Shown: one piece after another, positions 12,851-27,389 of the stretch
Numbering within the stretch: position 1 is the stretch's first letter
Layout: every line of letters starts with the position of its first letter
Source of the DNA: Octopus sinensis
Taxonomy: Eukaryota
Assembly (NCBI RefSeq): GCF_006345805.1
Contig: NC_043000.1
Coordinates: 61,194,001-61,258,000, forward strand
Reading direction: 5' to 3'
DNA length: 64,000 nucleotides
Position numbers and translations under genes: made by a program
Notes under the pieces: model-generated
Database searches by the model: none
What the model was told of the DNA's origin: nothing
Seen by the model: the letters and a program-made list of their open reading frames with translations, nothing else

Positions 12851-13734
12851 TCTGTTATGTAAATGTGTATTGGTGTGTTTGTGTTAGTGAGTGGGAGATG
12901 GAGTCTAACGATTTTCTCAAATATTTATTCTTTTATTTTTTCCATCAATTTCTGATTTTTTTTTCATTATTGTCTGCCGTATCATTTTACATATTGGCGA
13001 GTTTCACCAATAAAGTATTCCGCTCTTTCTACCAAGTATCATATGGAACTATATTGGGAGTCCTGTTTCCTGAGTGGATAATTGTTAGACCGTAACCTAA
13101 CAGAGATTCATATGGCATTGACAAAACATAAAATAAACATACATACATACATGTCTACATATGTATGTACGTATGTATGTGTGTATGTATGCATGCATGT
13201 ATGTATGTATGTATATGTATGTATATATATATATATAGAGGAACACTTTTAAATCAAAAATATCTGTAATATAATGTATAAGTAATTTGGGCACGTTCAC
13301 AGACAATCGTGTATATATATATATACAGCATATACACAGCGACTTCTGATCGTGGTCACTGCAATCTGATAGAATAACAATTAAAACGACGACGGCTCAT
13401 GCTTGCTGATATATTACTATCTGCATTAGTATTTATTATTCATTATCTGTTCATGTCTTATGAATGAATAATGAATGCACATACAAACTTGCACAATGCA
13501 TACACAGCAAAGACACAAACAAACACAGGCATAAAACAAATGATAGTGCCGCAGTGTAGGAGTGTGATTTGGTTTTTCTGTTTCTGGTGACGAATATCTA
13601 CGTCCATGGAAAGTAGCTGTTTCTGCATATCTGAACAAATGTATTGTATCTTTTTCTTTTACGTCTATCGCCCTCATGCTCTCTCTCTATGTATGTATCT
13701 ATCTCTGTCTGGGTGTATAGGTAATATATATATA

Positions 13735-13784
<50 letters not shown>

Positions 13785-13807
13785 CCCCCTCGATATATAT
13801 ATATATA

Positions 13808-14180
13808 TCTCATCATCGTCATCCTCATCTATCTGCCCAGTTGAAGTCGACTCTCGGTTACTCGATGGATCAGTGTTCTCCAGCCAGTTCTATCCTGGGT
13901 CTCTTCTTTCAGATTGGCCATGGCCATTCCCGTGTCACTCTTGATGGTGTCAAGCAATCGGGTTCTTGGTCGGCCTCTTCCTCTCTTGCCACTGACTATT
14001 CTGAGCATGATGTCCTTCTCCAGGGATTTTCTCCGCATAATATTACCAAATTATGCAAATCTATGCTTGGTGATCCTAGCTTTTAGCGACAGTTTCGGCT
14101 TGATCCGGTTAAGAACCTCTCCATTGGTTAGCCTCGCTGTCCATGGAATCCGTAAAAGTCTTCTCCAACACCAAAGCTCG
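13808..14180 (-). mobile_element. RTE/BovB-type LINE 3' end (5'-truncated)
   Basis: ORF 13829-14038 MRRKSLEKDIMLRIVSGKRGRGRPRTRLLDTIKSDTG...DRTGWRTLIHRVTESR and upstream FELWCWRRLLRIPWTAR match the RTE C-terminus; (GAT)n-like tail. Confidence 0.92.
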
Positions 14181-14308
14181 ATTTTCTCAAATATCTATTC
14201 TTTTATTTTCAAAACACAGTCACACATTTGTACTATGTAGTTATGTTAATATATGGTGTGGTGGAATCAATTAAGTTATAAAATGTATCTCTGTGTGTGT
14301 GTATATAT

Positions 14309-14546
14309 TCTTTAATTCTTTTATTCTTTTAGTTGTTTCAGTCATTTGACTGCGACCATGCTGGAGCAACGCCTTTAATCGAGCAAATCGACCCCAGGAC
14401 TTATTCTTTGTAAGCCCAGTATTTATTCTATCTGTCTCTTTTCCCGAACCGCTAAATTATGGGGACGTAAACACACCAGCATCGGTTGTCAAGCCATGTT
14501 GGGAGGGGGGAACAAACACAGACACACAAACATGTACACACACACA

Positions 14547-14581
<35 letters not shown>

Positions 14582-14712
14582 GACGGGCTTCTTTCAGTTT
14601 CCGTCTACGAAATTCACTCACAAAATTTTGGTCGGCCCGAGGTTACAGTAGAAAACACTTACTCAAGTGGGACTGAACCTGGACCATGTAGTTGGTAAGC
14701 GCAGCCACGCAT
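14309..14712 (-). mobile_element. SINE family A (tRNA head, CORE-like domain, internal CA/TA microsatellite)
   Basis: tttcagtcatttgactgcgaccatgctggagc...ggtcggcccgagg...agtgggactgaacc; homologous to 26373, 53815, 55004 and 55879. Confidence 0.9.
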
Positions 14713-15865
14713 CCACTTTTGCACCTACACACACACACACACATACACACATGTATATATATATACATATATTACATACATGTTTCTGCCTTACTGGGTG
14801 CCATTAAATTAGTGATACAAAAAAATGTTTCCCCATTGATTAGACATATGCAAAAAGTATGAATTAATGACTATTCATACATATTCAGGTAATAAGCTTG
14901 CCACTTACCTTAATGTCATGTCAACTGTAGAGAATTCTGGCTTATGAGTGTACCTCCCATTATCATATGAACCTTGTTTTGATTACAAGTTATGAAGCCT
15001 CTAATTTGCCATTTGATGATTGCGACAGATCCTCCAGAAGCGGAGATAATTTTCATTAATCAAGAACTTACGTTATATGACATTTGATGTACTACATTGT
15101 TCATATACAAGCTTCTGGTCACTACGGTTTACCTGTCTTAGCTAATTTTTGTTTAATCATACAAATTACATTCACCATAAATGTATTATGTCAGTACTGC
15201 AAATAAGGTTGGACGGGTGTGGTGCTGATGATGCCTATAAAAGCAGAAACACGTATCGATGAAAATTCCTACTACATCCAGCGAATAAGTCTCTTCTTTT
15301 TCTAAATGGCATGTCAGTCGTGGAGAAATATTTAATTATTGAGGTTATCTCCCCTTCTCATATAGTACATGTCTCAATTGCCATTTGGTAATTATGACAT
15401 ATCCCCCAGAAGCAGAGACACTTTTATGAAATCAAAAATTCATGTTCTATGATATAACTGCATTTGTCTATGTAAACGGTTTGTTCAAGCCATTCAGTAG
15501 ACAGAAACTGGATGGAAGCCCTTAGTACACACACGCAAACGCATGCAACTATTTCCAAAATTGCATGATATAGTAACAATAAGTGTATTTTAAAAATAAA
15601 TTTAACGATGAAACTTTATGAATAGATATTTGCACTATTGTGGACTTTTAGACTAATGTCCACTGATATTACAAAATATTGTTGGCCAATTCGTAATAAC
15701 TTTACCCCAGCTTTCTCTATCTTCCCGTCTTATAGTTTTCTCTCTTTTTGATTCCGAAACATATACTCTTTTCTTCTTTCATAAGTCTCCGCCAATGTTC
15801 GCAACTAGGCGTTGTCTTCACTCTTTCTTCGGCATATAATATATGTGTGAATGCGTGTAAATATT

Positions 15866-16195
<330 letters not shown>

Positions 16196-17379
16196 AAATA
16201 AATGTATGATCGCTACTGTTAAGTTTAGAGTTCCACTTAGACTATTATCGTCCAGTCGACTTCCAGCATTATGGTTAAGCAGCTTCTATACTAAGTAGTA
16301 TTACTAGTCACGATAAGCAGAGAAAATGTAGGTGAAATTACACCAAACACAAGTTTATATAATTGGTGCTACGTATGTTTCGTGTTGTTTTTATTTAGAA
16401 CTCTGCATTAGATATTCCAAGTGCAATTGGATTCTTAACCACACGAATCAACAGGGAACACGTTATTGTGCTATGTTATAGAGCATTATATATTACATGT
16501 ACAGACGCATACATATATATGTGTGCTTTCCCGTGTATATGTGAATCCACGAGTGTGTGAGTCTGTGTGTGCGCATGTCTATGTCCTTGCTTGTATTTAA
16601 CTAACGTTGTTGTTTATGATGTTATGTTGTATCCCGTTATAAATTAAAATATCTCTGCTGACGGCATGTCGTTAACTTTTCTGGTAATCAACAGTTTGTA
16701 TTTAAATAGCTGATTGTATGAAATACCTCACATTCTTTGACATCTTCATTGCTGACAGATCGAAACAGCAAAGTGTGAATATGCGCATACGGATCATTGT
16801 TAAGCTTTCAACATGTTGTCACCTTGTGCACAAATAGTTGTGAGTGCAAACCCACAATCTATACCGACACTATAAAATGGCTGATACAAAATGTTATTGT
16901 CGTTGCTGCGGTAGTTTTCTTTTGTTGCTGCTGTTGTTGGTTTTGTTGCTGTTGCTGTTGTTTATCCCTATGTAAGTCTTGTTTGGTGAGAACTATAATT
17001 AATCTCATTCCACTTCGTTTTCTTTTTCTTTTTTCATCTTGAGTGTTGTTTATCTAAGCTATATGATCACTTTGTCATTTACTTTTAAAAGTTATTAGGT
17101 GTAAATGAGGAAGATTTGGCTGCTATTTCTAGAATGTTGATCAACCACATGTAGTCCCTCTTCTTTTTATCTCTCATAGACAATGTAGATGCTATTATAT
17201 GTGAAATTTATGGTTGTTTCATAGAGAAATGATACAGTAGCTCTTGTCCTTTATATATCGACTCAAAGTAATATATTCCTGTCTGATCGTACTTTCTAAA
17301 CAGAAATTAAAAATATATATAATATATATAAACATAACGCAAGTTGATATATTGTGCTTTCGTTGTTATTATGCATCAG

Positions 17380-17530
17380 CAGACTCAGCATAGCCGAACG
17401 GCTACAAACAAAATTCGCTACGTAGTTACGAGACCCCACTGCATAGTCAAGTGTCTTTTACCATATTCTTAGGTCAAGCCAAGCTTGTAAGTGAAGTTGG
17501 GTGGACGGAAACTGCGTGGACTGCCGTCAA
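17380..17530 (+). mobile_element. SINE A head fragment (degraded)
   Basis: ccccactgcatagtcaagtgtctttt...ggtcaagccaagcttgtaagtgaagttgggtggacggaaactg resembles the A head. Confidence 0.5.
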
Positions 17531-19172
17531 TTAGATTGTATTTGTAATTCAAACGTACAACCTTGTTACACACACTGACACACTGATTCTGCTCAAGAAT
17601 TATGTCAAAAATACACGAGTCTGTAATACTCAGCCACTAACATCCTAATTCAACGAGTATTCAAACAACTAAATACTCATGACACAGGATATTATGATAA
17701 TGAAAATCTACTATTTAGGTCATCTTTTCCACAGTGGTTTAGCCGAAAATTATCCATAGCTGGGCTAATCTATTATGAAAAGGCACTCTAGCCGCAGCAA
17801 TTTCTTTTTCATATCTGCGACTATTTGGTTTTAAAAGTGCGGAAAATTGTGAAAATTTACTTTCTCTATTTAGCATATCAAAGTACCTTGTAGAGGTTCC
17901 CTTGTTTGCTTTTGTATTATAACAATGATAAGCCATGTTGCATCTTTAATGTATATTCCTTTATGTAGTCGCGCTATGTTCACGACTGTAGTGCATTAGT
18001 GAAATGTCTTTAGAATATCTCCTTAATGTAACCGAAATGGGAACTACACGTAAGAAAACCTAGCTGTTTTTCTTTTTGTTATATGATGCATTAAATCGCT
18101 GTTGTTCATTTCTCTATTGCACATTTAAGCTGTTCCATACGAGGATATTTGTATCTTTTTGACTATATGTCGTATCTGTTTATATACTGAAAGCTCAAAA
18201 GAATTATTTCATTTTAAGTGATCCATTGTTTTTAAATGATATGCCAAATACGTGTTAATCGGTTGTCTCTTTCTTGAGAGCACGCAACCATTTATATTCA
18301 AGTCACTCTGTAAAGATTGTGTCACAAGATTTAACGAGGAATTCATCATTGAACAAGAACTTATAACAAAAGATGCTTTTGTTCCATAACTATTACGCTC
18401 CTATTTATCATCTTCACAGCACACAAGGAGATATTCAGAGATAATGTTCAGTGTTCATAGGATTATTTTCTTGTTACCGAGGAATTATACGACCTGTTAA
18501 ATGTCTGTAGCATTTCTTATGGTAATATCGACTTTAAAGTGTCGGTATCGCTAGTGTCTCTATGCTTTTAGCCTTTAAATCAACTCGCATATCACATTCG
18601 TCTTGTTATGACACCGTACTCTTTAAGAGGATAGAAGTGATAATGAAAAATGTGATTTGACTAGCAATAAACTATTAGTTAAAAATACAATAACACGCGG
18701 TGCTGATATGGTTTTAAATTTATTAAGCAGTAGAATTGTACAACTGATATTTTATAAATATATATGTGTTGTGTGTGTGTAAGTGTATGTGTGTTTGTGT
18801 GTGTGTGTGCGTGTGTGTGCATGTGCGCGTGCGTACGTGAGTATGTTGTGTACATATGTGTATGACTGTGTATACGTGTGTTTGTGTGTGTTTATGTTAC
18901 GACTGTCATCTTATCTCCAGACAATAACCTTGTCCATTTCCGCAATGGCATTTCAACTTCGGGGAATACTTGATTCCGGAGATTATCAACCTTTCCCATA
19001 TGGAATTGCCGTAGCTGCCATTTGAGAATTGTGATACATCCTCAAGTGCAGATGTAGTTTTAGTAAATCAAGAATTTATGTTGTATGGTGTTAGATATAC
19101 TTGTATTTGGCTATATTCTTCAAATAGATGCAAATGGTCACAAAATCTCTCAGCTCATTTTGTTAAATTTAC

Positions 19173-19573
19173 GCAGGCGTGGGGTGCTTTAAGTAGCTTG
19201 CTTCCAAACTATATGCTTCTAAGTTCAGTCCCACTGCTGGCACATTGAGCAAGTGCCTTCTGATAGAGCCTCGAGCCGATGAAACCCTTTTGGGTGGATT
19301 TCGTCGACGGAAGCTGAAAGAAGACCAACGTGTGTGTTTATATATATATGTGTTTACATATATATACAAATGTGACATCGTGTGTACCGTTGGCGATTTT
19401 TTTCCTCCGTCTTCCCTTCTTTGGATATTTCCTTTTCCTATGTTTCTAACGAAGATCTCCGCTCGAAACGTTAAACCCTCCTTCTTTCCTTCTTTCCTGA
19501 GCATCAAATAATACTATACTTGTTCCACGTCCTCGCGTTGTTGTGTTTTCTATTTGTGTTTTCATGTTTGGAG

Positions 19574-19619
<46 letters not shown>

Positions 19620-19875
19620 TATACAGATGCATATATCCATGTGTCCCTGTCTTTGTGCTTATGTTTATCCCACCACTATCACATGGCAACCGGTGTTGGC
19701 TTGGTTACGTCCACGTAACACAGCGGTTCAGTATAAAAATAAGAAACGGTAAAGTAAGTAAAAGGCTTAAAAAACAAGTACTGGTCTCGATTTTTTTCGA
19801 CTAAACATTTGAAGGAGGTGCTCCAGCCTGGCCGAAGTCGAATGACTGAAACAAGTGAAAAATAAAAGACAAAAG
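19173..19875 (+). mobile_element. SINE family A, interrupted by hammerhead-bearing element
   Basis: Head aagtagcttgcttcc...agttcagtcccactgc...ttgagcaagtgcctt; tail ggtgctccagcctggccgaagtcgaatgactgaaacaag. Confidence 0.85.
19375..19580 (+). mobile_element. ~200-bp hammerhead-bearing element (copy 1; Penelope pLTR/retrozyme-like)
   Basis: Colinear with 55635-55840 (cgttggcgat...gaaga.c...gctcgaaacgt...ccacgtc.tc.cgttgttgtg...actat); degenerate hammerhead at 19442-19476. Confidence 0.7.
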
Positions 19876-20530
19876 ATGAGTAGGCAATAAATGTGCTCTA
19901 CACTTTTTGTATATGTCTATGTCTCTTGGATAAGTACGACAGATTAGGCCATTTGTCGTGTTTATGACGCCTACTGAGACGAAACTAGGTTTCATATTTC
20001 TCTTCATATCTCCAGGCAATAAGCATATTAATGGCATATCGACTTTGGAAGAATTCAACTTCTGACAGAGTTGTGAGACGACGTGGCTACATACGGCATC
20101 TCTAGTGCATTTTAAACTTGTCGGAATACACCTACTCCAAGTCTATAGCACATCCCGTTTCTTTAAAAGAGGAAAAGAGTGAGAGTGAAGGAGAAAGAAA
20201 TAGAGTAAAGTGAGAGTAAAGAATAGAGTAAAGTGAGAGTAAAGTGAGAAAGAGAGAGAGAGAGGCAGAGAGATGAGAGAGAGAGAGAGAGAGAGATTGA
20301 GAGAGAGACGAGGTGAGAGATGAGAGAGAGATGGAGGGTATGTTAAACAATCTCTACACTGGGTTGGTAGTTTACTTAGCGACTGCGAAAGGGTGGAACG
20401 CAGAGTTAACCTCGGTGGTAGTTGAACACAGAGCGCAGGGCTAGCAAGTACACCGCGCATCATTCTTTTCGACATTGTAGCCACTGTGCCTATACACCTT
20501 ACGCAAACATACATACGTACACACACACAT

Positions 20531-20567
<37 letters not shown>

Positions 20568-20778
20568 ACACACACACACACATATACTTAAACATAAATC
20601 TGTACATTCAAATTTACATCACTGTATAAATATGTACATATATATATGTGTGTGTAAGCGTGAGGGTATATGTATGTGTGTTTGCGTATGTGTTCGCCCT
20701 ATACATATATATGGATGTATATTAATATACACACATATGTGATATATACACACACATATATATATACATACATACATT

Positions 20779-20845
<67 letters not shown>

Positions 20846-21200
20846 TGTATGTATATATGTATGTATGTATGAATGTATGCATGTATGTATGTAGGTATGT
20901 ATGTATAACTCTCGCAGGAGATTTGTCAAGAGGTAAGATTGTGCATAATTCCTTATATCGTATAGTAAAAGTTTGCTCTGTCCGTTTATTTTTTACACTG
21001 CATAATCTTAATGTCCAAAGTCTAAAATAGTTCACAATTTATACGAACATTTGTATATAGAATACATCGTCATGTGTACGAGCTGTTTGGTGGGAAAATA
21101 CCCCGCTACGACTAATTACATTGAATCCTGCGGAGTACATGTGTCTATGTGTCTTCTTACTTGTTATCAAGTGTACATGTTTGTATTTGCGTGTTTGTGC

Positions 21201-21241
<41 letters not shown>

Positions 21242-22424
21242 CATATAGATATATTTGTACATATATACACATACACACACATATAGATATGTGTATTTGT
21301 GTGTATGTGCATTAGATGCACGTGTGTTTATTTGTACGCATTGATATATCCTATTTCCTGAATATGGAATTAGTCTAAAATAAATATCTTTCCCTAAATT
21401 TGTTCTTCTGACTGGCTTGAAATGATATTATGCAGACAATTCTGTTTCCAGAATAGTGTACTATTCTAAACACACGTTCAATTAACTTTTGGACTCCATT
21501 ATCTATTCTTTACGTATCCAAGTCTCACTCAATTGACTTTGCCATTACATTTCTCTGAGGTCGATAAAATACATGCCGGTAATATATTGTCCTCCTATCA
21601 ATCATCTGTATCTTCTCCCTAAGAAATCTTGGTTTTGTTATTTAGTCAAAGCAAAATGGTAGTGATCTTCTAGAAAGTGTAGAGTGATATCTTGAACGAG
21701 TTATAATATTTTGAACAGTCGATGAAGCCTCGAAGTAGTCGCTAAAGCTGCAACAAATAGTAATCTTCTTTTTCTCAAATAATACTTTACCACAGTTAAT
21801 AGAGTACAATATAGTCCTTGATATTCATGAGAAAAGGGATTAGCCTTAACTTGAATGCCTTTGAGCAGATAAGCTCAGTTACGTCTGCTCCGTGGTAAGT
21901 AAAAGCACTACTCTCATAGTATTTAGCTTTGTACCTTCAGGTTGTTTTTTAAAATTCAAATATCACAAGGGTTCTCTCATCTTTAGTCCCCTCCAGTAAC
22001 GATAAAATAATTCCTATTAATAGTGTAAAATCAAAGTAGCTGGCCTAGTACCGCGTCGCAAGCGATTTACCGAATACCTAAAGTATAAATCAATATTATT
22101 GGAAATCAGTTTACCACTGTGTAAAGTGTTTTCCGTAGTTTTCTGTAGTACTTCTTCCTGGAATAAATGCATGCAGTTCCCTGTAAGATAAAATAAGACT
22201 GAAAAACTATTCTGAGACTGCTAGTGTTTATCATATGAAATATACAGAGACATGTATATTTGGCCGCACACACCTACTTAGTTAAGATTTGTTCAAACAT
22301 GGACGGATATGTAATTATGTATTCTGTGATTTTAACACTGAAACAATGCAAGTCTCATCTTATATTTATATAGTGTTTCCTTTTTGTGTGCTTCACCGAA
22401 AGAATAGTCACGAATACAAATATA

Positions 22425-22446
22425 TATGTATGTGGATTTATGTATG

Positions 22447-22491
<45 letters not shown>

Positions 22492-22532
22492 ATAATATAT
22501 ATATATATTAATATTATATATATTATATATTT

Positions 22533-22592
<60 letters not shown>

Positions 22593-22733
22593 GTATATAT
22601 AATAAATATGTATATATATATATATATTGTATAGATAGATAGATAGATATGTGTATACATATATATATATATATACTTATATATATGTATAATATATGCC
22701 CATATATATATATACCATATATATATCTATATA

Positions 22734-22780
<47 letters not shown>
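22425..22780. repeat. Interrupted (TA)n tract
   Basis: Directly visible. Confidence 0.95.
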
Positions 22781-22785
<5 letters not shown>

Positions 22786-23304
22786 ACACCTACATGTATA
22801 CAAAAAATGCTACTTCTGCACGTTAACATAAGGGTAAGCTTATTACATGTAACAGAAATAAATGGATTGCTGTGGAGTTTTGTATAGATTGAAGGAGAAA
22901 GTAGCAATAAAATCTGCGTGGCATAAAATACAAATAAGAAACGAATTTACACTTGTAAGAATTTAGTTGAGGACAAAAGAAATATTCATGATAGAAAACT
23001 TGCTTGAATACAAAGTTGTACGTTAGCAAGGTTGTGTTAAGAACTGAGGAAATCAAAAAGTAAAAATAAAAAAACAGACCAAACGATGTTAAAATAAAGA
23101 AATATAACAAGAAGGAAAACATGCAAATCCGTGCGCTTATACCCGTTTATAAACATAGTTCTTTATACTCTTCAGAATGGAAAAGCAATGTCCATGGTTT
23201 TCGGAAAACATGCTATTAGGTACGAAAGCTGTGTAAATATTTATGTCTGAAGATTTCTAAAATTGTAATTATATTATATTCCAAGGCGAATGAAGGACAC
23301 GGTA

Positions 23305-23930
23305 TTGGTGAAGCATTAAGAAAACTAAATCAAGTTATTTAGTTTCAGGTTCTAATCCCACTGAGGGCGAAAGTATCTTTCACTCTTTTTGGGTCGATCA
23401 AATAAAGTACCAGTCAATTATTGTATTTCAATAGTTAACGGTTTTTCCCCCCAAATTTCTCTTACCCCCTTGTGCCTGTGTAAAAAAAATTATTACATGA
23501 GAAATACGTATCTTATTATTTGTTCTGGTTCTTTACACTTTGGTATTTATTCTAGCTCTTTCAGCTCAGAGTTGAAATCTCATCGAAAGCAAACTTATCT
23601 CTCATATGGGCTCGATAAAGTAAAGTACCAGTCAAATACTGGGCTCGATATAATTGATTATCTACTCCCCCAAATTTCAATTCTTTGCCTATATTAGAGA
23701 CAGTAATTAGTTCTCATATTTTGGGTAGCCGTTATCTGTTAGTAGAATCATATAAGTGGCTACCAGAAGCGCTATTATTTAGTTGCAACTTTTTTCGTTC
23801 TGAGTTCCGATCCTACCGAGGTCGAATTCGATTTTTATCTTTCCGAGGTCGGTGAGGTAAGGCATCAGTCAAGTAAGGGAGTTTATATAATATTTAGTTC
23901 CCTTCCTGCCAAATTTCTAGCTTTGTGACG
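23305..23930 (+). mobile_element. Three tandem degraded SINE B copies
   Basis: Repeated gtcgat(c)aaataaagtaccagtcaa...ccccaaatttc motifs at ~23390, ~23610 and ~23840. Confidence 0.7.
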
Positions 23931-24329
23931 CTGTAAATAGCAATAATTATATATATAGTTGATCGTAGTATTGGCAAAACTTCAGATAGTCTTACCGTGT
24001 ATAATTATCTCCCTTTATGTTCCTTCCCAGTCACTGGAATAAGAACCAACCAATAAAATACTGTGCAGCATTAAATTGACTGCAGATTTAACAAAGGTAG
24101 AACTTCCTTGTCGTTTTATAATTTCCAAAGACTTTACTTTTCAGATTTTGGCTCATGTAGCATATATGTATGTGATCAGAAAAAGAAGGAAAGAAGGAAA
24201 GATAGTGAAGATGCAAGAATATGAATGTACAAAAGAAAAAGCAGTATATAGAAAGCTAGATAGATAGAGATACCGGGATAGATAGATAGATAGAGATAGA
24301 GAGAGAGAGAGTGAGAAAGATATATAGGT

Positions 24330-24399
<70 letters not shown>

Positions 24400-24574
24400 C
24401 TGTTAGTGTCTTAGAGAAACTAATCATAACGGATTATATATTTGGTAAAAACTCACCATTTTATTAGGAGTGAGATGCATAGTCAATGGTAATCTCCCTC
24501 AGTATTTGACTACTAATTTATCGATCCCAGAAGAATCACATGCAAACACGACCTCATTTGAAGTGAAATATTCT

Positions 24575-24775
24575 TTTCTACTCTAGGAACAAGGCTCGAA
24601 ATCTTAGGGGAGGAGGCCAGTCGTTTAGATCGACCCCACAACGCAACTGGCACTTAATTCATCGACTCAGAAAGGATGAAAGGCTAAGTTGACCTCGGCG
24701 GAATTTGAAATCTGAACGTAAAGATTGACGAAATATTGCGAAGAACTTCGCCCGGCGTGCTAACTTTTCTGCGAG
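24575..24775 (-). mobile_element. SINE family B (tail type 2)
   Basis: attcttttctactctaggaacaaggctcgaaat...ggatgaaaggctaagttgacctcggcggaatttgaa...cgcccggcgtgctaac. Confidence 0.9.
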
Positions 24776-26372
24776 ACTTGGTGAAATACTGAATGTTATT
24801 TTCTTCGAAACTCTATCTTTTCTACAATCTATCAAATAAAAAGTAGAATGATTTCTAACATTGGCATAAGGTCACACATTTTGAAGATGGGAATAATTGA
24901 TTAAATTAGATTCAGGATTTGAGTGGCACTTATTTAATCGACCTTCGCCATGTTTTACCGTGTTTTGAGCTCAAAATGTGAAGAGATTTTATAAAATCGA
25001 CTCCCTACAGATTCTGCCATTCATCGCCTTCAGAATAAATACTATGAAGAATAAAAAGTAATAAAGTCATTGAATAACCTTTATTGCATTTAATGTACTA
25101 CACTAGCTAGGGTAAGAGAAGATGACAACGACAATGAAAATACAGTAAAACAGTTCATGTACAGTGAAGTTTATATCTGATATGAATATCAAATATGTTT
25201 AAGGCAAGGAATGATCAGCAGAAATACATATATCAGACAACATTTGTACGATCTTGCAGTAAGATGGATTGTAATGGAGAAGATCATAACCAAATGAAGC
25301 GAATATGATAGACAATAGTAAAGCGTAAAAGTTATATCACATTGTAAGATTTATTACATCAAATGTCTGCCAGTTGTACAAAGTGTGTTAAAAATGATTG
25401 AACTGCGTGTTTACATCAAAGTTCTTACATCTCTTGTGAAGCACTGAAAACATTTTAGGAAACTTCACCCAATTGAAACGACAGTGCAGCATTGAATATA
25501 GCTCTTGGCTTCATGTGTGCTATGGGCTTATATATGACAGACGGTGTACATTGATCCAAGTACATTTAGTAGAAAAATATTGAAATATCCTATCTAATAC
25601 CTCCGATAGCTTATTAAAGAAAAATAATTCTAAATCAATATGGTCTATCAGTTTCCAGTATACAATTTCAACACCCGAGACCTCCAATCATATACATACA
25701 TACATACATACATATATATATATATATATTATATATATATATATATATAGCTTTAGAAGGATTTGTCCCGTCTGAATTAGTGCATTAGTTAACTCTTCAT
25801 CTATCATGGCAATAAGTTTCTCTTTCATCGAAATTCTAATTCTTGGGACCAATTCAACTACAGATATGTCTTCTGTACAGAGAATAACTAAATATTCATT
25901 CTTGTGGATCACGACGTTTTATTGTTATTCACGTCAAAAACATTTAAGTTAGTGCTAATAAATTAAATGCAAGGAACATTAAGCAGTTTAGGGGAAATAA
26001 TTACGCATAAAAGAATAATAAAATTAATCAATGAATAATATTATTTTCATTATATCTATTATAATTATTCATAGTTAAGTTTTTAATGCTTCCTGCATTA
26101 AATGTTATCAGTAAATTAACTATTGTTTTACATGCAGATATGGTCTTTGAAGAATGTTTTATGAACTACATATTTTTAAATAAAACTATCTAGAGTCATA
26201 TAAATTTGCTAAATGATACTGTCATTACTTCAGCGATGTACAGTCTATGCTTTGACGATGAGGTCATAATAAGACTGAAATGTGTTTACAGTTGTCTACA
26301 GTACTTGGTCCACAAAATTAAAACAATATTTGTTATTATCTAATTTTAAATTTTTTCTTCATTTATTATTTT

Positions 26373-26580
26373 TTTGTTTCAGTCACTTGACTGCGGCCAT
26401 GCTGGAGCACCAACTTTGGTCGAACAAATTGACCCCAGGACTTATTATTTGTAAGCCTAGTACTTATTCTATCGGTCGCTTTTTCCGAACCGCTAAGTTA
26501 CGGGGACGTAAACAGACCAACATCGGTTGTCAAGCGATGGTGGGGGGGGGGACAAACACTGACACACAAACATATACACT

Positions 26581-26612
<32 letters not shown>

Positions 26613-26865
26613 CGACGGGCTTCTTTCAGTTTCCGTCTACTAAATCCACTCACAAGGTTTTGGTCGGCCCGCGGCTATAGTAGAAGACATAGAGCTTCTT
26701 ATTTCTTTATTGTCCACAAGGAGCTAAACATAGATGGGACAAACAAGGACAGACAAACGGATTAAGTCGATTACGTCGACACCAGTGCGTAACTGATACT
26801 TAATTTATCGACCTCGAAAGGATGAAAGGCAAAGTCGACCTCTTACCACAAAGCCACTCCTGCAG
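26373..26865 (-). mobile_element. SINE A with SINE B fragment (26700-26842) replacing part of the head
   Basis: A body to gtagaagaca (26689), then B tail and core, then A head remnant ttaccacaaagccactcctgc. Confidence 0.85.
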
Positions 26866-27341
26866 AATACTTCCACTTGACACATTTATTGCAGATATTG
26901 TATACTACATTAAAAACTGTAACACAAATTTAGCTTCAGCAAAATACTTTGCATAATTTGGCATATAATTATAACGCTTTTATAGCCGTCAGCCGCATCT
27001 TTCCTTACAAAGAACACACAAGAACTCGGTGTTCCGGTTCTCTTTATACTCGAGGCAGAATTTTAAACTGCTATATAATAATAGTGTCATTTTGCTTATA
27101 GGGTATCTCGTGTACATTATCACATGTATTTTGTTGATGGGCACTGCAGGCAAGTATATAATGGAAACAAAAGTATTTCCCGAGCTTCATTAGAAATGCT
27201 TCTGTTTACTGTAAACAATAAGGCTCTTGGAAAATATATGAGCATCATACTTCAACATATTTCTCCTAAGTCTAATTTCTCAAGTACATTCTGTTAGTAT
27301 AAACCAGTTCACTCCCACAAAATACACACACACACACACAC

Positions 27342-27389
<48 letters not shown>

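Noticed and set aside
15217-15256. CTGATGA-TGC..GCA-GAAACACGTA hammerhead-like string
   Set aside because: Stem I cannot form in type-I topology, and the type-III arrangement lacks a stem I and has G at the cleavage position.
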